A stretch of 55,431 bases of DNA, the filler included, from Sphacelaria rigidula (lineage: Eukaryota): NCBI GenBank assembly GCA_964200075.2. It is 6 parts of 6 records of this genome, joined end to end, with 100 filler letters (N's around TTAATTAATTAA, not from the genome) between each part and the next. Parts side by side here need not be neighbours in the genome. Positions count along the whole stretch, not along the records: positions 9,257 to 18,412 come from CAXNAA020009162.1; positions 18,513 to 27,668 come from CAXNAA020009163.1; 4 more parts are not named here. One strand, written 5' to 3'. Under the pieces are notes generated by a model. The model ran no database searches, was not told the DNA's origin, and was given only the letters and a program-made list of their open reading frames with translations. Both the position numbers and the translations under genes were made by a program. Below are positions 14,038-26,219 of the stretch, piece by piece (the first letter of the stretch is position 1; each line of letters begins with the position of its first letter).

Positions 14038-17000
14038 CTCCCCCATGATCGTATAGCGGCAACACTAGAGAGCTGATACGATCACACCCAACGCGCTAGG
14101 ACAGAATTGACAAAATCAGAAACAGATGACCTTTTGACCCGCTTCGTTAGGATGTCCGCGCGCTGCTCGCTCGTCGGTACGTATCGCATGATGAACAGCT
14201 TCTTCTCGACGTACCGCCGTGAGCATTTTAGCTTCATATCAACGTGTCTTGTGCGCCCGTTGAACCCGGTGACTGTAGCCGCTTGGATAGCGCCACGATT
14301 GTCGCAAAACCACAGGGTCGTGTCCTGTGGAAGTCCCATCTCTTCCAGAATACCCCGATTGAATATGCAATGGCGCATACCCTGTATCATGGCCGTACAT
14401 TCCGCTTCTGAAGAAGAGAGAGTCAAGGAGGCCTGTCGTTTGGATTGCCATGCTATCGGAGACTTGTTCATTAGCAGGAGGTAGCCCGTGACACTCCTGC
14501 GTGTTTCGGCATCGTTCGCCCAGTCCGAGTCCGCATAGCCCACCAATGCCTTCTCGGTCTTCACGTTCCTCCCACCATATCGTAGGCAGATGCCAAGCGT
14601 ACCAGCTAGGTAGCGGAGAACGTGTTGTAGACCTTGCCAGTGTCGTAGACAGGGAGGGGCGGTCCAGCGCCCTAGGTCTCGGACACTGTTGGAGAGGTCC
14701 GGTCGTGTCATCCCTGCGAGGAACATGAATTTCCCGAGAATCCTTGCGTACGGAAACTGGGAGGAGTTCTGCTCCGCTTTACCTTCTTCCCGCTCTGATG
14801 GGTCCATCCCCGGGTCGAGGGGCGTATAGGTTTTCCGCACTTGTGTCGAGCCCCTTCCTTCAACGACGATACTTTCGGCATAGGCGCGTTGGTCGATAGT
14901 GATGCTGTCATGGGGGCCACAGTGACACTGACGCCGAGAAGCTTGTCGGGCACACCCAGATCCCGACCCTTGAATCTCGCCAAGAGGCATGTCTGCATAC
15001 GCTGAATTTCTTCCGTGTAGTACCCGAGAACAGGAGGTCATCTACGTACGTGACTAGACTAGCGACGGGCCCGTCTTCGGCCTGACAGCAGTAGAGGCAT
15101 TCGTCGTAGTGGCTGCTGTGCCAGTCTTCGGCGAGTATTGTGCTCCTTAGTTCCTTGAACCATTGTACGGCGGGCTGCTTCAAGCCATAAATAGCCTTAT
15201 CCGCCTTGACCACGCTCTTGCCGGGCAAGTGTAGCCAAACGTCTTCCAGGAGCGGCGCATTCAGATATGCCTGCGTGAAATCCAGCATTCCGACCCTCCA
15301 TTTGCGCAGAGCAGCTGTCGCCAGGACAGTGCGCATGACGTCAAAGCCTACGACCGGGCTGAACGTTTCGACGAAGTCGATTCCCTTGCGCTGAGTGAAC
15401 ACGCGAGCCACGAGTCGGGCCTTATATCTTCTCTCTACTGCACCGTCGGCCGTGCGCTTGATCTTACATATAAATCGCGCCTTGACTGGTGTCTTGTCGT
15501 GCGGTAGAGGCTCTTCGGTGAACGTCCCTTGACCCCAGAGGCCTTCCATTTCATCTTCCATGGCCACTTTCCATCTGTCAGCGTCGGGCCCTGCCAGGGC
15601 TTCCGTTGTGGTCGAGGGTTCTTGTGGTCCTGTGGCAATTTCGCCGACCAATCCGAGCATGAAGAATGAATGCGTGTTCGTCTTGATTTTGTAGACGGGC
15701 GGCTAGGAAATTTTTGTCGTCGGAACTGCTGCCGTCAGAACTCCCAAAGCGTTGCTGTGCGTTGTCCCCTCGATGCCGTTGCGCTAGTTGACTGGACCTG
15801 CGCAGTCCACTCTTCGTAGAAGAGCACCCCGATGATGGCGGGTCCTGAGGTGGCTGTCCACCCGGGTCATCATCGCCGTCGATTGGCGCTGCTTTCTCTT
15901 CTTCGGATGGTTCGTCCTCGTCATCACTGAGTTCGACCGCCTTCAGCTCCCCCACGATGTTTAGGATCTTGGCCTCTGATTCAAACGTAATGTGTGCAGA
16001 CTTGACGAGCGTTGATTCCTGTATCAGCCATACATACCAGCAGAGAGAATGCAGATCGTGCCCCACCAAGATGCCCCGCTTCGCATATGGGTGGAACTTT
16101 GCAGAGGCGCCGCGTTGCTGCTTGTGCTGATGCACGAAACACTCGAATCCCCAAGTACGAAGCCGGTCGTAGTTGAAAGGCTTTCCTGTCAGCCTCTTAC
16201 ATGGGGTCTCGCCCCCGAGGTACTCGTGGGGCATCCCTGCGGTCTTGAATGCCGCGTCCGCCACAGCAAAGAACCAATAGTCCTCTCCGCGTCCCGCTTC
16301 CACCGGTTGGCTGCGTGCTATCTACATCAATTGTTGAATTGCACGTTCAGCAGTCTCATGACTCTGCGGTGTCCTTGGCGGTGAGTTGCGCCATTTGATG
16401 CCGCGACTGGTCAGCATGCGTTGACATTTGACTGACCGTCCAAGTTCCCCAGCGCCGTCTCCGCTGATGCATTTGATGACCACTCCCTCACGGGCCATTT
16501 GTCGATGTAGACTCCCGTGGCGTCAGCGGCCGCATCTCGTGTCTTGAGTCCAACAACGTGCTTGTCTCGACTGGCCTCGTCCACGAAAACCTGAAAGTAT
16601 TTCATGCCGGTGACATCGGCGTGGAAAGGGCCTTCAAGATCAGTGTGCACAACTTCACCTGGTGCTTTGGGACTCATGCCGCCGCGGCCGTAGCTCGGCG
16701 CCTCGGACTCGCATTCCTTGCAGACGCTGCAGCGCATATCGGACGCCACCGTGGTATCAGTGACATCGATTAGCCCACGCTTCTCGAGGTGTTCAATGGC
16801 AGCCGGATCGGTGTGTCCCAAGGTGTCGTGCTACTCCTTTAATGTGAGGCGCTGCTTCTTGTTTGCGAACGAAGCGTGCGCCGATGCCGCATGGTCGCCA
16901 CCCCCCTGCAGCGATGTGACAGTGTCAGGAACCCTCTATTCTCGGCTAGGGGATCTTCGGTCCATCCTTTCTGAACCGGAGGTAGCTCTCCTTCCTGCCG

Positions 17001-17480
17001 GAACCCACGAATTCTCCTCGCTCGCGCCGAATCGTTCCGGTACTCAGCAGCCGGCAAGGTAATCCAGGGGCCCAAAGTACGTGTGACCTTTGCCGGAGCC
17101 ACCTTGCCCCGAGCACCCACGTGCAGCGACATCTCTCCCATTGCCAGTGCCTGCAGTTGTCCCTTGTTCCCAAATGTACAGCTTCAATTGACCGTACGCG
17201 TATTTTTGAGATCCTGCTTCCAGGGAGTCATGTGGACATTCGCTCCCGAGTCGCAGAGAATCGACACCTCGGTGCCACTGTTGGTCGACGTGCACATGGA
17301 TACTACTCGCTCATCTTCGACTACCACGTTCATCGTCATGAATGCCTTTGGTCTGTCCCTCCTCCCATTACTTCTGCCATTTTGTGGAGGGGGTGGGAAC
17401 GTTCGAGCGGGGCTCATCCCCGGCGGGTGTTTAGCTGGAGGTTTGCCGTTAAGGAAGGAGCGACACTCCCGCTACCTATG
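13802..17480 (-). mobile_element. 5'-truncated, frameshifted Ty1/copia LTR retrotransposon
   Basis: Copia domain order: Zn-knuckle end (HR*REC, about 17480-17463), protease ILCDSGANVHMTP, pre-integrase HDTLGH...CSVC, integrase VHTDLEGP, RT (RYKARLVAR, LDFTQAYLNA, KAIYGLKQ, YVDDLL), RNase H (YADSDWA, SSSEAE, CDNRGAI, ADILTK). Split over several ORFs. Confidence 0.97.
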
Positions 17481-17728
17481 ATTTCGCCAAGTCAAGACAA
17501 TCATACGTGAACCTAGGGATCGCACTGCCCTCCCAAACCGAAACACACCGCTCCATTAATTGCTGCTCATCAGCTGAGCACGCTGTGCGTGACCTTGCTC
17601 AAATTGGTGCAGAATTCAGTGAGAAATGATGAGTTGCGTGAGACGCGCGCACAGCACACGCTCAACAACAGTCAGCAACAGCACGTTTTCGGTTGCTATT
17701 TGATACGCACGCGGCCGCATTTCATCTA

Positions 17729-17780
<52 letters not shown>
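17729..17780 (+). repeat. (ATT)n microsatellite
   Basis: About 17 units. Confidence 0.95.
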
Positions 17781-17781
<1 letters not shown>

Positions 17782-17859
17782 ACTAATTTACATAAAAAAC
17801 CACGTGGTGAGGAGATCAGGAGCCGCAAAAGGATCAACAAGAAAAGACACCACAAACAG

Positions 17860-18412
17860 CACAGAATAGACGCTCGAACCACAAACAGCGAGACCCGAAA
17901 TAAATAGAACAGAATAGACACTTTACTCTCAAGAGACAAAGAGACCAGACCACAAGCAGCGAATAAATATTACAGTTTACTTTCAACAGACCAAGAGACC
18001 AGACCACAACGATAGAGATCATCATTTTAGGGCTATAAACTGCAAATAGACGTTTCGAAGAGACCATGAATAGCGAGAGCACGATCAGGAGCAGCAAAAG
18101 GAGCAGCAAGAAAAGACACCAGAAACAGCAGCGAAAGCCCCCCCAACAAAGAGCAGAATGGACGCTTCAACAGCGAACCACAAACAGCGAGACCCGAAAT
18201 AAATATAACAGAATAGACGTTTCTACAGCGAGAGCCCCCAATAAATAGAACAGAATAGACACTTTACTTTCTAGAGACCAAGAGATCAGACCACAAGCAG
18301 CGAATAAATATTACAGTTTACTTTCAACAGACCAAGAGACCAGACCACAGCGATAAAGGATCATCATTTGAGGGCTATGAACTGCAAATAGACGTCTCGA
18401 AGAGACCATGAA
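17860..18412 (+). repeat. Tandem duplication or satellite with about 342-bp period running into the contig end
   Basis: AATAAATAGAACAGAATAGACACTTTACT...GAAGAGACCATGAA occurs at about 17899-18070 and 18240-18412, with internal sub-repeats (CAGAATAGAC, AAGAGACCAGACCAC). Confidence 0.85.
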
Positions 18413-18512
18413 NNNNNNNNNNNNNNNNNNNNNNNNNNNNNNNNNNNNNNNNNNNNTTAATTAATTAANNNNNNNNNNNNNNNNNNNNNNNNNNNNNNNN
18501 NNNNNNNNNNNN
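18413..18512. other. Assembly spacer
   Basis: Same N44-TTAATTAATTAA-N44 linker. Confidence 0.98.
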
Positions 18513-19914
18513 TTTTCGAGAATCGGCTGTTATGTGCTGTTTCACCGCTGGAATCCGTGGTGGATGCCATACTAGACGATCGTATCGTGTGTCGCATGCA
18601 AGTCAAATCTCTATGATCGTCGTGCACGCGCCAAGCGTGTGCGTGCATCGATGTGTGTATCGAAGGGGGGGTGTCACACAAACTAGGGGGGGAAATACTC
18701 ATGACCATGCCTGTCATAGTAATGATACCATTCATTGACCTCGCGTCCCAAACTGACAAACTGAGGGGTGAAGATGAGCAATCTTAAAACTTGAAACTCA
18801 TAACACGAAAGCGAGTGATGTGGCCGTGTTATGACTCAAGGGGTAAATATGAGTTATCTCAGAACTCCGAACACAAAACTGCTCAGAACACCGAGCACAA
18901 AACAAAACAAAACGAGGGACAAGGCTGTGTAACATGAGTTGAGGGGTTAAGGTGGGCTATCTCAAAACCCAACACACAAAAGTAAGAGGTGGGTACATCT
19001 CTGTGTACAGAATTAATTGTTTGAGAACTTAGATCACATTACTGAGCTCCACATCATGTTGAATCCTTCACTCATTCGTTGCACATATATCGTAGTCACG
19101 TTAAGAATACATGGTACGAAACAGACAGTATTGCAGTGAGTGAAGAGTTGTGCTCGTCATAGCTGACAAGAATGAAACCGTCATAGCCAGTTATTGATTA
19201 GTACAGGGTACACAGATAGTAGCTGATATCGATTGATAAATAGCGTATAGTATTACCTGGATGAACAGTTTGTTGTACTGTACTATTGTAAAGGCCCTGG
19301 AATTCTAGGAACGGGCTTAATTAAGGAAAAGCAGGATTGCGGAACACCCGTTTAGCGCAATGGAAAAATAAGTGATAGGCCTGTATGGCCACACGCGAGT
19401 AAAAATATCCGTAGAAAGTAATGGGAAATTAATTCTTATTTTATGGAAAATGATCAATTGTGATTGGACAGGATAGTCGGATCCTCCGTTAAAGGCAGGA
19501 ACGTACCAAGGACCGGAATTTGCGAATATAGCAAGTGAGTGGGGCGTTATTTTGGTCGGATATTTGTACCGAGAACAAGTTGAGAGTTTACTCAAGTGTG
19601 TAATGTACCGAGTATTCAGTCGGGGGGATCGGGGATTTTTACTTTGCACAGCTTTTGGGCATGCCCACCTTCGGCATTCTCCTGCATTCTCCATTATTTT
19701 TCTCCTTCTTATCCAGCTCCTGCCTTTTATATTGTGTGTGCTGTTTGTTTCGGCCGATAAGCGCCATCTTCAAAACCAATCTGTGTTTTTGCTTCGAATG
19801 TGTTTAACAGCACGCTGTGCTCCTCTGAGGACTTGCTCGAGTCCGTGCCACATACTACAAACCTTTTCATCCAAGACATCACTCTTCTTGTTCTAGGATT
19901 TTTTTTTCTACCAT

Positions 19915-20128
19915 TCAACCGGCCAGAACGTGCACCGCTGGTTTATCTTCTGTAACTCACCTGGCCAAGATGTGCACCGATGAGTTATCTTTCATAACTC
20001 GCCCGGCCGGAATGTGCAACGCTGAGTTATACTGCACATGACGTACTCACTTGACCAAATTATATGCATGGATGAGTTATACTTTATAACTCACCCGGCC
20101 AGAATGTGCACCGCTGAGTGATACTTCT
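19915..20128 (+). repeat. Minisatellite, 5 units of about 41 bp (TAACTCACCCGGCCAGAATGTGCACCGCTGAGTTATA)
   Basis: Degenerate units, each bracketed by the inverted pair TAACTCA/TGAGTTA. Confidence 0.8.
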
Positions 20129-20874
20129 GTGGCCGCCCGTTCAAAAAATTGCCGAAATTGGGCGCGAGCACCGGTGAATTTTTTACTGTCGAGCCGCCAA
20201 GTCCTTCGCTTTCGCACAGATCTCCGCCGCATGTCGTGCAGATGAACCTGCTGATTGCAAAGCGCCGTGACCATCCTGTCCTGACGCTGCAACATCGGAA
20301 ATTTGTACATGGGGCCGACAATTATTGTTCCAGCGCAGTATATGTGAGCGGAAAATGAAGGAAATGAATCGCAAGAGGGTATGATAGTGGGGAAATATAG
20401 CATGGCCGTTCTTAATGCTTGTTTCTGTCATTTTCGGCGGTAGCAGACTTGTAACACAGGCTTTGCACAAAAGGTGATCCCGCCAATTGAATTTGTCGGC
20501 AGCAACACATGTATGTTTTCCTGCCACGAACATTTCGTTCTTGTACAGACCGACTTGAATCGCCGTCAATCTCCCCCTCCCCCCTCGCCGGCGGCCGGCG
20601 GCGGCGGCTAACACTGCCCGTGACTTTCGGCCGCACAGATGATTTCTCATCCAAACCCATAGACAAGACATCAGTGTCTCTCTGACATTCTCGGTACAGT
20701 AGTTTGCAGCTGAACTAGGAGATTTTTGTAACTTTTCCTTCGCGATTTTCAAAACGAGCTGGGTCAGCAGTAAATCCTGTGTTCGCTTTCCACACCACAA
20801 CTTCTCAAGTTTTCCAAATCAACGCGACTTGAGCATATTGCTGTGAAGTGCAAACCAACCTGGTAACACATGGC

Positions 20875-21400
20875 ACCGCCGCTGAATGAAAAAAAAATTG
20901 AAAAAAATGTACTGCATAATATATGACCTTAACCACGGACTAAAAAAGAGAGAAAATGTCGGGATTCGAACGCATGACCTTCATTACCGGAGTCTCCTGT
21001 ACCACTTGAATCAAACGGGCGCGGCCGTGTAACACGAAAAGGGCGATGCCGCGCCCAATTTGAGATATTTTCGGCCGCAACTTTACCAGGATATCGTTGA
21101 CGCGAGTGCCCATATGTGTCGGAGCGTTGTCGTCGTTTTCATCACTTTTTAAAGGAAGTTATAGCATTTTCCCTGTGTTTGCTGAAACTTCAACTCGCTG
21201 TAACTTCCTGTCTTTTCTTGTCTTTCCTCTGCACTACTAATAATAGGGTTGCGCGGGTTGATGATAATAATATCGTGTCAAAGTTTCAGCGTCTAGCTCT
21301 TTGAATCGCCAAAATGAGATCTCCACTCTTCGTTCAAAAATCACTGTCAGCTGGCCCAGTGTTTCCGCGTTCCCCGCTCATCTCAGTGGACATTTGATAC
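20875..21400. repeat. Dispersed repeat with an embedded tRNA-like module (minus strand about 21027-20945); related copy at about 51558-51995
   Basis: Shared blocks CCGCCGCTGAATGAA, TGTACTGCATAAT, GTCGGGATTCGAA, GGGCGCGGCCG and AAATCACTGTCAGCTGGCCCAG in the same order on two unlinked contigs. Confidence 0.75.
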
Positions 21401-21899
21401 AAACGTTCGGGGATCGAGAGATACAAGGCATCCGCTCCACATTTCGATACACAATCATCTCCGCGCCCAATATTCAACGACTCACATGCTGACCAATTTT
21501 TGAGGGTCCTGCGACTTCCCGGCCCCACATTCTGACCCTTGGGTATTTTTTCTCGATTGAAGCAGGCCCGCTCATTCTCGCGAACAAATCAAGATGATTT
21601 TTGTTTTTCATGTCTACCATTTCATTGCGCTAGAGCTAAAAGACTGTGTTTTTCACCAGTAACGGTCGATAGCACCCCTTGATAAACGAGGTACTGACTC
21701 TGTATCACCCTGGCAACAGCCATTGAGGATTGTGCCCTGGGCACGACCTGATTTTACTCCCAATTTCTATCGACGCTAGGGCTTCCGAGTGCTAAGGATG
21801 AGCTATATGCGAGAAAAATTCAGAAAGGTACCCAACTACGAAAATTGCCCAACCGAGCTTTGCATAGCGCAGGGGGGGGGGTGAACTCATGATCTTGCA

Positions 21900-22095
21900 T
21901 ACCGTAGTCATAAGACCATTGACTTTGCATCCCTACAAGGCCGGGACGGAGCACGCCGGGTTTTCGCCGGAACAGGCTCGCAATCAATAACCAAGCGCGA
22001 AGCGCCGTGATGTGCTCGGCGAGTCGCATGAAGGGTAGCCTACTAAGATTGTTCGGCCCGAAGCGTACTGATTATCTTGCATTTGGATGACAGCC
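21900..22095 (+). repeat. Dispersed repeat, second copy at about 39385-39580
   Basis: Shared CATCCCTAC..GCCGGGAC.GAGCACGCCG...ACCAAGCGCGAAGCGCCGTGA.GTG.TCGGCGAGTCGCAT...CTAAGATTG.TCGGCC.GAAGCGTAC. Confidence 0.85.
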
Positions 22096-22474
22096 TTCAA
22101 TGAGTTGCTTTATAGCACAGGGGCGTGGTGAAGCAATCCCGATCGCTCTCGTGAGCGATTTCACAGACCTTTTTTTTTAGTTTGACCTATTCATCGCACT
22201 AGAGTCGAAAATAAATGTGTTTTGGACCAAAAACGGTCAGTTGCACTCCGTGTCAACTCAGCTCGTAAGCCGTTCAATATTGAGCGCAACGACGATTGTT
22301 GCTTCGGAATGTGGAGCGGATGCCTAGTATTTCCCGGTCCCCATTCGGGATCAAACGTTCACTGGGATAAGCGGTGGCACTCCAAAAACTAGTTAAAATC
22401 GTCGACGACGAAAAAATGACAAAAACCCCCCATGTCAACTGAAAACTGCTCTATGTATATCACAGTGATGTGAG

Positions 22475-24692
22475 CCGGTCGCCCGGGTGGCTCAGTTGGT
22501 AACCTCGGATTCTTCTGATGGTTGGGTCGTGGGTTCATATCTCGGAGCGATCTGGTATTTTTTCTCACAACATGCCCAGCAACGGAGAGCGACTATGCCG
22601 TAGGTACACAATATTCGACGTAACCGTCGACGAGGGAAGGGGACTGCTGTACCCCTCTCGCGATGAAAAATAAAGGCAAGCACCGCAGAAAGAAGGTGGG
22701 GTATTACACACTCTGGACAATGGACGCAATAATAGTCTATTGCTTCAGCAACAGACACGGGGAAAATCTATCAATATATATTGTCGAACACGGTAGATGG
22801 TGAAACACATCTATTCATATGTATTGCAGGGGACAATGGATGTTGCAATAATCGATCGATAGCCTATGGCAATTACAATAGATAGCAATCACTCGCTATC
22901 GATGGACATCATGTACCGCAATAGCTTCTGGGTTGTATATATCGATAGCCATTGCCGTCATCAATATGTTTGGTGAGATATTCATCGATAGTCGTTACCG
23001 TTATGCCATCCATCGATAGTCGTCGCCGTCATCAATAAATTAGGTGAGCCATTTATAAATACCTACTACCGCCATCAATAGATTTGGTTAGCCGTCTATC
23101 GGTAGCCTCTACCGCCAACAATGCATTCTTTGGTATCTACCAATATGGGCATTACCGTCAACATTCGATTGTTCTCGAGAACACCTATCGATAGCCAGTG
23201 ATGCCGACGATAGGATTTGAAAAAAAGATTGCTCATTGCAGTGGTCTCATGACATGAACGGCAATACCTCTTACACATGAATACGCAACGACCTGAGGCG
23301 ATAGCTGGCCATAGCTTCTGTGGAGTAAGGTGGAAACATACAGCGAAATATCTCCATACATAGCGCTAGTGATCGATGCCATTCAGCTACTTCTGTGGTC
23401 AGCAATATATATTAGTGGCCGCGATTCAGATTACATTGTGATCAGCGGTAGGCATTCGTGGCCGCGATTCAGATTCTATTGTGACCCTCAAAAGACATTG
23501 GTGGACTCAATTGATATCCTGTTGTGACCAACAATATGTATTGCTGGCCGCGTGGCAGATCCTACTGTGATCCTCAATAGACATTGGTGGCCAGGATTCA
23601 GAGACTATTGCAACCAATAGAATGTATCGATAGACAACTTGGCCCCTTCATTGTCACGGCAATGAAACATTCCGTCCCTTGTCCCGAATCTATTGTCGCC
23701 TGCGGTAGCTATCGCTAGACTTTGATGCCAGTCGATTGTGACTGACAATGAACACTGACAGACAATTTTTCGGGGCTATTGCAGCGCCAATGTTCTATTA
23801 CATAGTCTATTGTCCAGGGTATAAGCACATCTCACCCACACATGACAGTACTGAAAGCGCTCATGACCATCAGAGGGACAACCATGAGCACTAACACCAC
23901 ACCAACGACAAAAGTTGCAAGTCTTTATGCACAAATATTGCGGATTCTATAAAATACAAGCGTTCCAAAATTGTAGAAACGTGATGTCATATATTCACAA
24001 GTAGTATCATTATCATTATATGCCCACTGCATGTCCAACTGCGGCTTCTCTACCGTACCCGAACGGAGTATAATATGCTCTATACGTCGTACTTTGCGAT
24101 GTAGGTGTGGCAATAGACGACAGAGAATATCTATCGGTAGGCATTGTATACCACAGTAGATTCTGGTATATATCTATCGAGAGTCATCGCCGCCGCGCAT
24201 AGATATATACGCAACCTGTCAGTAGCTATTGCCGTAATAAATAGGTTAGTTATATAATCTGTCAATAGCCATCGTCGTCATCAATACGTTTGGCACGCGG
24301 TCTTTCGATCGTCATTGCAGTCATCAACAGATTTGGAAAGATTTCGATCGATGTATTTGGTCGGCCGCCATAGATTTCGGTGAAGGGCCACAGCAGGCTG
24401 CTGCCCAGACAAGAGTGTGGGAAACTGGTCTGTCGATAGAAAATGTCAACGGCAATAGAAAGATAAAGTTGACGATCGATGGCCATTACGGACGACAATA
24501 TTGGCATCTACTGCAGCAGATTCTTTTGATATCGCAATAGATGCCGTCTATTGTCCAGGGTGTGGAATATCAAAAACAAAGAAGAAAAAACTCCTGTGGT
24601 GACCTTCCTCCTGTGTGACCCCGGCTGATGTACCCACATACACCGAAATATGTAGACCGGCGTTCAGAATAAAAGGGACGACAACACACACA
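22475..24692 (+). mobile_element. tRNA-headed SINE split in two (22475-22706 and 24565-24692) by a TIR element
   Basis: A box TGGCTCAGTTGG and B-box-like GGTTCATATCT; body colinear with copies at 25958 and 35109-34808; tail GAATAAAAGGGACGACAACACACAC. Confidence 0.85.
22707..24564. mobile_element. Non-autonomous TIR DNA element (1.86 kb), rich in ATCGATAG/CTATCGAT motifs
   Basis: Left end CACACTCTGGACAATGGACG; right end reverse-complements to CACACCCTGGACAATAGACG (18/20). An extra right-TIR copy lies at about 23806-23820. No convincing ORF. Confidence 0.85.
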
Positions 24693-25243
24693 GTAATATG
24701 CAAGTTACGGACAAATTTCTTCTCAAGAATGAGCCTTGGAAACTTTCAAGGGCGTCGCAAAATCGTAAAGAAGTAATGTAGATGCACTCTCCGGCCGGGA
24801 TATGCGGCCTCGCTCATCCTCAACGCAAAGCCCATCCGCAAAGTGTCAAATCCACTTTTAACAGGGAATTCTGAACGATAAGAAAAGTGTTTTGTACAGG
24901 ATGAAGGGAGGTCGGAATTGTTCGATATGAAAACGGGATTTTACAGATTGCGGATGGATCGTTGGGAGGATGAGTGAAACCCCACATCACGGTCGGACAA
25001 CGCATTTGCATTATTTTTCGAAGATGTTTCGATGCTCAGACCGCTCTCAAGGTTGTCTTTTTTTGTGAGATTTTTCAGTTTTGGGACGTTTGATCCAGCT
25101 TTTCGCGCCCAGACAGGGAATATCGCCATGACATGCCTTGGACACTTGCATCACCCCGCGGAGAGGACTCACCTTTCCGATCCACCTGGCTCCAAGGTTT
25201 AGGCAACAGACTCTGCACAAAAATCTAACTGTACATGAAAGCC

Positions 25244-25400
25244 GATTGCCCCGGTGGCTCAGTTGGTGACCTCGAAGCCTCCTCTGACGGTTGAGGCGTG
25301 GGTTCGAATCTTGGTACAGTCACATGATCTGGGATTTTTCCTCACACAATGCCCAACAGTGGAGAGCAACTACGTCGTGGGTACAGAACAATCCGACTTA
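25244..25400 (+). mobile_element. SINE 5' fragment (tRNA-like head)
   Basis: TGGCTCAGTTGG A box, GGTTCGAATCT B box, then ATCTGGGATTTTT...AACAGTGGAGAGC as in the other copies. Confidence 0.8.
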
Positions 25401-25957
25401 AACCATGTTTTTCGTGAGATTGAGAGTTCAATATATGATTGAGAGTGACCTTTTCTTGCGAACGGCGGTGGCATTCACCCTTCAAACTGTTATACGACAC
25501 GTTGGCTTCTAGCATGATAAGAGGCTCATTGACCCTTGGAGCAGTAGACCTAATGAAAAATTCGTGCAAATGGTGGACAGGGATGTCACTTGATTTTTTA
25601 CTTGATAAAGTTCTGAAAAAAATGTGGTTTGGGGCAGGTGAGCAGTGAACCCAGCTCGTCCAGAACGTGTTTCGGTCGAAATCAGCGCCTGCCGCGACGA
25701 TTCGAAGTCTGCCAACGCACACTTTGCCTAGGGAAAACTATGCACCCTCCTCGCCCGAGGGTCTCGTGCGCCTTGGGTCGGGGTTAGGGTTAGTGTTAGT
25801 GTTAGTTTGTAACATTCCATAATGTTCCCCATCAAACATTATCTACGAACATTTCTTCAGGTCCCCTCCGTCAGGCCGCGAGGGAAGGTCACCTGCTGAA
25901 TCGGCATCAATTTTCACTTGAAAAAAGTATGCGTGATTCAGATGGACTACCCGAATC

Positions 25958-26219
25958 GTACCGGTCGCCCCGACGGCTCAGTTGGTAACTTCCACACCTT
26001 CTGATGGTTGGGTCGTGGATTCAAATCTCGGAGCGATCTGGGATTTTTTCTCACACCATACCGAACAGTGGAGAGCGACTATGTCGTGGGTACACGAAAT
26101 TCAACTTAATGGTCGACGAGGGAAAGGGACTGCTGAACTCCTCTCGCGATAAAAAGGGGAAGGCAAGCACCGCAGAAGGAAGATGGAGTACCAAGAACAA
26201 ATGGGACGACAACACACAC
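25958..26219 (+). mobile_element. tRNA-headed SINE with 9-bp TSD, internally deleted
   Basis: ACCCGAATC at 25949-25957 and 26220-26228; A/B-box-like head; (AC)n tail. Confidence 0.88.

Noticed and set aside
22475-22560. Functional tRNA genes (also 25244, 25958, 28482)
   Set aside because: A and B boxes are present but the cloverleaf stems do not pair, and three of them continue into a shared SINE body.
25779-25806. Telomere-like TTAGGG/CCCTAA units (also about 37039 and 39748)
   Set aside because: Only 2-4 degenerate units embedded in dispersed repeats; not chromosome ends.
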